Source of the DNA: Bugula neritina
Lineage: Eukaryota; Animalia; Bryozoa
DNA length: 64,000 nucleotides
Assembly: GCA_964035545.1 (NCBI GenBank)
Contig: OZ037767.1
Location: 15,008,998-15,072,997 of the forward strand
Direction of reading: 5' to 3'
How positions within the stretch are numbered: position 1 is the stretch's first letter; every line of letters starts with the position of its first letter. A program made the translations under genes and the position numbers. The notes below the pieces were generated by a model. The model made no database searches. It was not told where the DNA came from and worked only from the letters and a program-made list of their open reading frames with translations. Shown here piece by piece: positions 53,461-64,000 of this stretch.

Positions 53461-56400
53461 GCAGTATATATTTTCCTAGAATGTTGTTTAGAGACATAAA
53501 AAAACTGCCTATGCACAACATACTTTGCATCTGTTTAGTATCTCGTAATTAGACATAAAAAAATCAAAGCCAATTATAAGGCAAAAGACCATAATACTGT
53601 ACTATCATTGGATAGTTCTTCATCAATAAACAGGTAGTCGCCAGTGGTGGATATGAACCCCTCCTAGATGTTTCTCGTACTTCTTCCTCAAAAAACATTT
53701 TCATTAAGCCAAAAAGAAATAACAATACACCTTTTTAGTTGACACTTTTTAATTTCTGACTGATATTTCACCTTATTTCCAATTATAATTAACTTTTAAC
53801 CGGCACTTTTCTTTGTAGTAATTCCTACCCTTTAGACTGTGTACTTTGAAATGAGTCTGTTTTACTCGTTGCATAAAGTATAGTTGCACTGGCTACAGGT
53901 TGACACAAAAGCAAGCCTATCTTGATAAAATCATGCGCAAATGTAGAAACTACCGAGGAGTTTGTTCCTCATAATTAGAAATTGACAAATTATTTTTAAT
54001 CCGTTTAAAAGCATCTGGTTAGGGAAGCATATGCCGTGTTCAATTTGTTATTCTAGCATTAACAATAACAGAATGCAATAATTATAAGATTATGAAAGTA
54101 ATTTGTTTTCTTTCTAATTACAGATATAATATTTTAGTATATATTGTAAATTTATAAGGCTTGCATTAGGAATAACGCAGCTAAAACATCATTTTCCTTA
54201 AAGTCTTAAAAATATATAAGTATAACATAATACACTATGCCAATCAACTTATTAAAGTACCAAGCAAGCTTAGCTAGTTTAAGAAAAATTACACTAGGTA
54301 AATTCCCATTATTTATTATAGAATGCTTGCTGATATTAGCTTTTGATGTAATTAAAGTAAATTATTATTTATCTTTCTACCTAAGGATTTCTTGCCGTAA
54401 GTTTTGCTTTTATGCATGGAGAAATGTCGTAACAAACGAGTTAAATTTTTATAGCACATAAAAATGTAATCTATAAGTCGAAGATATTTAAACTTAGCCA
54501 TTAACTCATTTTAATTAGCAATGTAGCCTAAATCTAATAAAATACAAAATATATACCAGTATATATAATATATTTTTACCATGCTGTTAATTACAGTATT
54601 TGTAAAACAAATTTTATGCTCATTAATTAAATGCAACAAATATTTATAAAATACTAATAATGTTGAATAAATAAATTCAATAATTCCTTTTCTATTTAAA
54701 TGGCTGCATAATTTCTTGCAAGGTTGTATAAAGGAGTTGTGGCCCACAACTTATTATGTGTTCAATTGCCACATATGTCTTAGGAAGAAGAAAACTCCCC
54801 AAAATTTCTTGGTTTGAAAATTCTAGTATAATTAAAATCACTTAATATATGTCTTTGAAATGCATTTTGCCACTCTGCAAAATTGCAGGAACAAATATTG
54901 CATGAAGTAATAAATGATTTATGAAGTAATTAACAAACCAATGTAAAAACTGTTGTTGTATATAGAACACAACATATTGATTTTCTTCAATTTCCACATC
55001 AAATCTATATATTCAATTATATCTAACCAATGCTAATAAACTAAACATGCATGCATACAAATATTTGCATCATATGCAAGTAATATTAGCTAATTAGCAA
55101 CTATAGCATTTTTTTCATTATCTTTATTGCTTGCATATGTCTAAGTATTATTAAAATAAGGTTTTTATTTGCAACTTTGCACCACAAATTACATAAAATC
55201 TAAAAACTTGAGTTGTGACATGCATTAGGGCTACCTATACACAAATAGACCTTCATAAAACTCTCAATGATTTTATTCAACTCATGTATGCAAAAGTTTT
55301 GCATTAAAACAATTCTTCTAAACCACCCTAGAGCAGGGAATTATTACAAAAACAGATTCTCATATATAGTCTTTCCCCAGATTAATTTTTTTTCCTGTAT
55401 TTAAACTAACTTAGCAAGTGAAGATTGTGATATCACTCAGGTAATCACATATATATTATTCATAGCTGTAATACTTTAGCAATGAATAGATCATGTTTAA
55501 TTTCCACTCTACCTAGCAGTTTTTCAGAATTATAGAGCTATGTATATCGTGAAATTGGAATAGCCTAATAGTTTTACATGTGTTTATAGCTAGTCAAGTT
55601 AACTTAAAAAGCTTACAATAATTAGATGATATTTGCATTCTTTTGAAGGTTATGGTGAAGCTACTGCAAAACTGGCCATTAGTTTAGCATAATATGCAAT
55701 GCCACGCAAAAGCATGCCAAACAAGCAATGTTTATTTACCTTACCAGTGCAATTTTATCACCTTAAACACAAAAGCAAGTATAAAATACACATCCATATT
55801 AGATTAACTGTCAAGTTAAAAAAAGACAACATATATTCATGAGCTGGTTCTGTTTGCACAAGTACAATTTAGACCAGCTTATTATTTAGATTGCCACAAA
55901 AATATGACGTAAAATATGTCTTTAACAATTATTTTGATATTCACTGGTTGAAGATATTTTTTATATCCTAATATGTAAATATTGTACATAAATCTTAAAA
56001 ATTAACTAGGTGAATAAGGAAAACTGCTAATTTTATGAAACTGTTATGTTAATAAAGACAATGGCTATCAACAAATCCCACCAGACTACAAACTAATTGT
56101 AAATACTAAAGCAATTATATAGTGCTATGTGTTGATCTAGCCTAGTCAATACACCACAAATATGTATTATGACATACCACATTTTAAGTACTGGGTTACC
56201 ATTTATTCTAATGGGTATTTGTTTAAACTGTTATATACAGCTTTTTGCACTACCAATATGCAAGCCAGTTGTTATTCTGTCACTTTTTATCTACATCTCT
56301 TTTTAATGCCAGTTACTTGTTAGCTTCAGTACAAACAGCTAAACATTCTACTCTACAGCCAATCTTACTGTTAACTCTTGTTTAACAATACTACAAGAAT

Positions 56401-58520
56401 CTAAAAATTTGAGTGTGTTTTAAGTATAATATTCTATCATTATAACTTTTAAATGAAACAATAATATGATAAATGCATTATAACTTTCTGAAAAGTTTTT
56501 TTGCAAAGTATATGTTTTTGGAAAATAGTTTTACAACATTTGCTAGGAGCATTATATTTATTCCTATCTAAAATAATTTTGTTTGAACTGCTATGTTTGT
56601 AATCATGTAATCAGAAGTAAAGCATCAGTAAAATGAGTATAAATAGAAGCTTGACAGCTACATTAGGCATTGCTACATAGTACATAAATATATGGCCGTA
56701 TTAAATACTTAGCTGCATTCACAGATAAATGCATGGCTTGGAATTACAATACCATGAATACATTATTTATTTAGCTGGGTAACTATACAATTATGCCAAA
56801 GTGAAAAGCCTTTGGTTATTAATGCCTGAAATGTCTAACAATCTACTTGGGAGACCACCTTGTTGTTACAGAGTGAATGAGTTATTTGTTTGGCATTTGG
56901 ATGATGGCACAAAGAAAGGCTATTTGGTTTGTTACTTGAGACTAGTAGCAAACTGCTACAGTCATAGCATCTTAGAAGATTTTGCATCACTTGCTAGAAT
57001 TGTACATCATTTTAATGTAGCTATTGAAATTAATATCGCACTGAAAACACAGTATTGCAAAATCTTAAGCTGTACATAATTATATTATGCATCAAAAAGT
57101 ACTTCTGCTATTCGACTATCCCAGGTTTATTTTAAACTAGCACTGCCAAAGTGCCTTGACTCTATTACAGTGTTTACTAGCTAATTTTGTTCTTCTCAAT
57201 AGTGAAATAGATCTATTGCAAGAAATTAATGACTAGATATAACAATAATGATTTTTAGGCAAGACTTTCGCATCTATATTGCTCATCTGCTAGCTTGAAA
57301 TACCCCTCTCCTTGGACTAATCTCAGGCTTTTCATTGTTGTTTAAACAGTTTTTAAACTCCTATTTCAATAAATCATTACCAACACTGCCTGCATGTATT
57401 AATATTCATTAGTGCCATCAATGCACTGTGGAGACAGCACCTGATGTTCTGTATATTACATTATAGTACAGAGATACTAAATCCAAAACATCTAAAATAA
57501 TTGATGCTTCTACCAGATTTTTAGCACACCTATAATATGTATTCCTGTAGTAAATATTAATAAGATGTTTTAACTGATAGTTTTTATGCCATTATAATAG
57601 TTTGATACTATAACTACAACTTGAAACTCTTTAACCAGCACATTGGTTGGTAATATTGCTTCTTGATATTTAATTGCTGGTTCACAAACTATCAATAATA
57701 GGGATGCATATCAAAACTTGACTGCATTCATAATATGATTTTAATGCTAGGTAATGACTAAGCATGTCTGGCTGATATGAGGTGACTATTTTGTACACTG
57801 TTTAACAACATCAGCTTTTTGGGTTCATTTAAAGCATCTGCAAATCTGTATTATACATAATTACTGTTAGGGCCAATTAATTAAATTGTTAACCCTGAAA
57901 TGCTTTTTACACTGTAATACTAAGTAGAAAAAGATATGTATATATATATAAACTGATTGTAATTTATACATAACATTGTACATTTAAAAAAAATCACAAA
58001 ATACATAATTTATTAGCTAAATTTCAAGGCTTTTTGTAGGTAGTGGGTTAATGTCAATAAAGTAGAATCCGGGAAGTTGAGTAGCTTTATTCAAGAGGAA
58101 GGCTCTCCAACAGTTCTACCAAAGCCTAAATAACATGTATAAAATAAAGGTTATATGCACAATTTTTTTCCAAAACAGCCTGCAACTGTTTTGCTATTGC
58201 ATATGCCCTATGCCATTCATCAAGTAGAACAATTTTAACCAGGATATCTAGAAAAGTTGACACAAGGGCTTTATAAACTATGTAACAGTAAAACTGTGAG
58301 TAGAAATTAATTGACACTAATGAATAATGCTTTAGGTGCTGGCAACAACCATAAAAGAAAAGTTATATAACAAACAAATAGAAAAAGCACTAAACCAATC
58401 AACAGCATTATATACAATTGGGGCACATACATGAAAACAGCAGCTAGTGTCATTTTCTTAAGACAGTACTATTTTAGGTATAAATTTAAGAAGTATTAGA
58501 AAATGCAGAAATTTACTGCA

Positions 58521-58923
58521 ATTGGTTCATTTTATTTAAGTTAGTACATACTGAAGATCTCAAGTTTTTGCTAATGAACATGAGTTTTGGCCCGAAACTA
58601 AAAAAATATCAATAAATACACCTAAATAATCAAGGCTCTTTTTAATTTTCTTTGATTTCCTATGCTTTTTTTCTAATTACAGCAACTTCTGACTGGGGAT
58701 CGCCACGGTTAGTTTGTAACAGTAGGGAATCTAAATGAAATGAATAAATAGGAAAAAACATGAGAAATCATGCAAAATTAGGAAGAACCTTGATTATTTA
58801 GGTGTATTTCTTGATGTCTCACTAATTTTAAGCAAAAAGCATTGTTCATTAGCAGCTAAAATGTAAAAATGGCTAAAAACTGCAGATTTCCAGTGTGTAC
58901 TAAATTAAATAAAAGGACTCAAT
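58521..58923. mobile_element. Foldback/MITE-like element with long imperfect inverted arms
   Basis: Arm blocks pair, e.g. TTAGTACATACTG/CAGTGTGTACTAA, TGCTAATGAACA/TGTTCATTAGCA and AAATACACCTAAATAATCAAGG/CCTTGATTATTTAGGTGTATTT, around a central spacer of about 70 bp. Confidence 0.65.
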
Positions 58924-60974
58924 CACCTTTGCAACATAATTCAATAATTGCATGGTCAAGCAGAATAAACTACAATTAACAGCAACAACAGTGTAATAGT
59001 TGCGTAGAAAAGTTGTACTGCAAAAAACTAAAAGAATGCAAAATCTATAAATGTGTGCTACCAAGTAAATGCTGAACAGACATCATGAAATAGTGTACGA
59101 AATACAAACTATTAAACTTACCTGTTGATCTAATGCAGCCAAAACCTTAAGCTTAGAGTAGTGAAATTGTGCTGTTCGATGTTGATATGCTACAAGTAGC
59201 TAAGATGACTCAAATTCTTGCCTTTAGGAGTAAGAGGCCTCAGCTCAGTTTCAACAAAACTTCCAATAATCTCAACGGATGCGCTCAATTAGGAGCCACA
59301 ACAAAGCACACCCATGTCATTTTAGTAAACTCTAAAAAATGAACGGAAATAAAACTGTTAGAGAGTAAACATGCAAGAGAAACATATAGTGATGGGGGAA
59401 AAACCTGTCAGCAAAGGTTATATACACTCATAGCCATAACACGAAGAAAAAGATAATGAATAACAACCTATTCAAGATGACACAAGAAACCAAACAAATT
59501 TCTTTGAATAAAAAATATAATTAAATACTATATTACTTGGCAAAAAATATTTGTTTTGAACAACGTATTATTGGGAAGAATTGCCAGTGTCTTAAATTTT
59601 GATATTAAAATTTCTGCCTTATAGCGGAAATAGAGAGGCAATCAATAGTGTACAAAACATGTTTTCAGTCATTGGCTGTTGACTAAATTGACAAAGTTAA
59701 AGAAAGCTTCCATATCATTATTTATTTTGTTCTCAAGTGTGTGGTTACAGTTTCATGAGTCAGAAATATAATTATTTGAGATATGAAATCAAATGTAGTC
59801 AAAAGAGTGTCATACAATTTAAAATGTAGTAATAGAGCTTTGACAATAATTTCTTCTGCTAAGTAAAACAGGTACCATTATGTGCTACTTATCTTTTAGA
59901 GATGAACATCAAGGATGTTGAAAACAAAATAGTTGTAAATTACAGCAAATACCTTTCTACTTACCTAACCAGAGAAAATAAGTTTTCAACCTTGCATGCA
60001 CTCAGCTGGTTTTCAATGTTTGGATCAGTGACATCTTTATAACTGATAGCAGCATTATGTGATAGCTTTAGGAATTGTTACCTTAAATCTAAATTATATA
60101 GAACAAGAAGTGCAAAAATATGGCATTAGTACTCATTGCACAATACACACTTGCTAGAGTAGCTAATCTAGCATCACATTAATTTAAGAAAGACAAAATT
60201 TTATTACTGTTCACAAATGATGAATATTAAAATTTGAATAATTAGACAAATTAACAATGATATTGATGTTACTTCAAACATTACTAATGGTAAACACCAA
60301 AATACTAATAGGAATAGTCATGTTAACATCAATTAGAAAAGTAAAGACAGTTTATAGGTCTAACTCTTATAGTTGACAAGCAATTACAGGGCAGTCATAT
60401 TGATGTAGGCTACCCTCAAAATGTAGCACTTTAAAAATATTAAAAAGACAGCACATATAAGAACATAATCTTAAAAATAGGCATATGTGACACCTATATT
60501 TTGATTAACAAAGAAATCTTCTTTACTTTATTAATCTAGCTCATATAATGGTATTCTGTCTTAGTATGTTATTTTAATACTTGAAATCTAATCAGCTACA
60601 GAAAAGTACTTCAATTCAAAGGCCTTCATAATTATTCTTTAGTTTGCTATTTAAATAGACAGTAAGGTTGATGAATAAAATAAAAGTTAGTAAAGTAAAA
60701 ACTAAATAAATTGAGAATAATATCTCCACTCTAAGGTTATAATCCTTATAAATTAACATTTTAATACTCCTGTTATCCTTAGGTATAGTTGTTAGCAATT
60801 TAACTATGAGCTCAAAGCCAAATGTCAGTATCAGCATCCCCATTACATTGACTAAGACTGACTTTATAACCCTCAAGCTGTGGCACTCAATTTCTATAAG
60901 TAGTAACTAATAACAAATATAAAATTATTTATTTGCTACTGATAGTGATAATAATAATAATTAAAAATAATAAT

Positions 60975-63938
60975 ATGATCCATTAAAATAGAACTAATAA
61001 AGCCAACGACGTTAATGGTATGTCTAACTAAACATGGCATGTCTCGTCTGGCAGTGGGTATGTGGAGGGCCAGGCAACCTACGGCCGTCAACCCGTTAAT
61101 GGCACAACTAGAAGAAGATACTCAAGAGAAGACAACAAAGTTGTCATGAAATGCTGCTTCAAAAGTACACCCAAATTGAGAGGTTATAGAAAAACAATGT
61201 ATGAGCTCTGTAGACCCGGATCAAAGAATTATTTAAAAAGAATGTGCAAACGCTGGAAAACAGAGGAGAGTTTAACATCAGCGAATAGAGACTAGCGGAT
61301 TAAGCAAGAACTATGAAGAAACACAAGCATTTTATGGAAGAAGAACTCCATAAGATTGAAGAAGGAACCTTGCAAGAACTAGGCACATCAATTGGTGAAG
61401 AAGATAATGAAGAGCTAAATTTGCAAATAGAGGATGTTATAGTACAACATGAGATAGCATATAAATCAGCCATGAGAATTTTAAGAGTACCTAGTTCAGA
61501 GGTAGAAAAAGTGTTAGTAGAAAAATTATGAATGAGCATAACAAACTATCTAATGATCGACCAACACTAAGAGCCCTTAGGCACATTGAGAGGGTCAAAT
61601 TACTACAGGCAGTAAAACAGATTAATGATGTGCTAAACTGTGTTGAGATTATTAATACCATTGAGCTTAATAACACCACCATGGCTTGTGCGAAAAATAG
61701 TAACAGAACAAGTGTGTAACAAAAAGGAAAAAGAAAAACTGACAATGTACAAGTATGGAAAATACGACTGCAGAAGAAATAAAAAGAAATTAGATCAGAC
61801 TTAAGTAAAATAGCAGAGTGAAAAAGTAGAGCTTACAATGATTCATTGAGAAGAATGGTTGAAGAAAAATATAGGATAAAGAACAAAGAGTGTGGTGTAG
61901 TGATTGAAAAACTGAAGCAAAACCTGAGAGCTGTAAGCCAGAAGATAAACAGATATACAGAATGAGTTGATCAATATAATCAGAACACAATGTTTACAAT
62001 GATAAGCGCTTTTATCAAGAATTACGAGGAAATGAATACGTACATCTAAAGAGGCACCTGACAAGGAAATCAAAAGCATTATGATAAAATATATGGGGTC
62101 AGCCAACTAAAAATAATACCAATGCAGAATGACTAAATAAAGTTAGCAACAAATTGGAGCATATGTAAAGACAAGGAAATTAGATCTTAGAAACGATGCA
62201 AACAACTGGAATAGCAATTAATGTCATAAGGTTGATAAGAAAAAGCATGAAACCTGGAAAACACAACTGAAATACCTGGAAGAAAAGATAGGAGAAATAA
62301 AGATCAAACTAAGAATTTTCCAAGGAGACTCTTTATCTCTATCCCTTTTCTCCAACTACCGATTCGCATGACAGAAGCGGCTCAATGATGCAAATTTCGA
62401 CGAGACAGAAAACAAACCATCTCCTATATGTGGATGACCTGAAGGTAAATAGGAAATCAAAGTGGGAACTGGAAGCTTTGGTAAACACTGCCGGGATCTT
62501 CACAAGGAATATAGAAATGAAATTTGGATTAAAAAATGTGCCACACTGGTTATGAGAAAGGGAAAGAAAATTAAGGACACAGGAATCAGTTTGCCTGATG
62601 AACAGGTAATCAAAGATCTGGGTGAGAAGCCGTATAAATATCTAGGAGTTCTTGAGATTGATGGAATACAAATATATGAAATGAAAAATAAGATCAAGGA
62701 GTACTACAAACAAATAAGAAAAGTTCTGGATTCAAAACTGAATGGTGAGAACACAATCAAAGCAATAAACACATGGGCAGTAACAGCAGCGCATTACACA
62801 GCTAGAATACTTGACTGAACTGTTTCATGAGCTAAAAAATATAGACTGAAAGACAAGGAAGCTAATGACAACAAACCGTGCACCCTATCCGAGAGCAGAT
62901 GTAGGCAGGCTGTATTTTAGCAGAAGGGAAGGCGGTAGAAGAATGTTGTCAACTGAAAAATGCATAAAGATTGAAAACTGCAGCATGTCAGACTACATAA
63001 ATATAACATAGACTGATAGAAACACCACACTGAATACCTTCCTAAAAGACAGAACAGCGGTAGAACTAAATAATGATAAAGTGATAGAAAGAACTGATGA
63101 GTGTAAAGAAAAGCTTCACGTGGTCAATACATCAAAATGGTGGAAGACATGAAAGCATTTTCCTGGAACTGGTTAAAGTATGGTTGGCTGAAAAAGGAAA
63201 CAGAAGGACTGCTGACAGCTGCGCAAAATCAACTATTCACTACTAGAAATTATAAAGTGGCTATGATGAGAGAACAGGGTAGCAAGAAGTGTGGAATGTG
63301 TAACGCAAGAGACAAAACTTCGATGCACGTATTGAGTGAGTTTGAGAAGGTAGCAGAAGGAGAATATAAGAAAAAACACAACCTTTTGGCATTGATAATT
63401 TGTATAGTAGTTGTGTGAACTTCGTGGGTTTCAGAAAAGTAAGAATTGGTACGGCCATCAAGCAGAATAAGTACTGGAAAATGATAATGTGAAAACCTTG
63501 TAAGATTTTAACATACACACTGACGTAGTCATCAAAGTTAGGAGACCCGATATATTAGTAGTTGACAAGCATAATGCTGAAACAACGATAATTGATATCA
63601 CAGTCCCTGTTAACTACAGAGTAAAAGAAAAAAATTCGAAAAGTTAGGAAAATATCAGAATTTAGCACTAGAATAAACCCGCCTTTGGAAAACATCAAAA
63701 AAGTCATCCCATTGTAACTGGAGCCTTTGGAGCTTTATACAAGATTGTAGACTGGCTGACACTACTTGCAGTAGCTGAAAACAAATGCTCATTAATTCAG
63801 CAGACACCCTTACTAGGATCAGGATAAGCTCACATCCTGAGGAAAGTTCTATCCATTTCAGCCTAGTATAACTAGGCCAATGGTAAAAGGTTACACCAGC
63901 TAAAAAACTACGGTCAATCAACAATAATAATAATAATA
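60975..63938 (+). mobile_element. Degenerate RLE non-LTR retrotransposon, R4/Dong-like, in a (TAA)n repeat
   Basis: N-terminal RRYSREDNKVVM..RGYRK; RT motifs IFQGDSLS (~62315), HLLYVDDLK (~62418), YKYLG and AINTWA; ETEGLLTAAQ; zinc knuckle CGMC..H; endonuclease RRPDILVVDK..IIDITVP (~63540-63608). There is an (AAT)n tail at 63923-63938 and a TAA repeat at the 5' junction (~60948-60974). Many stops and frameshifts, with part of RT apparently deleted. Confidence 0.88.
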
Positions 63939-64000
63939 GTGCAGTTGGTTCTATTATTAGATTAGCATATTGATTATGACTTTTCGATTGCCACCCTGAT

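Noticed and set aside
53460-56700. Short ORFs 54237-54461 and 54511-54747, and GC-richer patches near 53640 and 53900
   Set aside because: No recognisable motifs, no consistent splice-phase chain and no supported start codon.
61300-63924. Minus-strand ORFs overlapping the retrotransposon
   Set aside because: Antisense shadows of the plus-strand element.

Overview
AT-rich eukaryotic, probably invertebrate, genomic DNA with GT-AG introns. The supplied ORF track ignores splicing, so most of its entries are single exons that run on into introns. Positions 1 to about 53,460 hold a head-to-tail minus-strand tandem array of CPEB1/Orb-like genes. There is one copy cut by the window edge (A), five copies with intact 8-exon reading frames (B-F), one deleted and frameshifted copy (G), and two older diverged exon relics. 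Start codons are spaced 6.1-9.9 kb apart. As spliced by hand, each intact copy encodes a 'mini-CPEB' of about 265 aa: Met-Ala, RRM1, RRM2, a ZZ zinc domain and a short tail ending in RSVSTQTD, an LC8-type TQT motif. No N-terminal regulatory region is found, and a TATA+Inr-like promoter sits just upstream. The spacers carry a decayed plus-strand LRR/7TM (LGR/GRL101-like) remnant, an unannotated 4-exon minus-strand gene fragment present twice, MITEs, a variable 41-bp minisatellite and (TA)n tracts. One spacer also holds a complete minimal type I hammerhead ribozyme motif. Outside the array are a foldback element and a decayed R4/Dong-like non-LTR retrotransposon in a TAA repeat. All gene models come from manual reading; no database searches were run.
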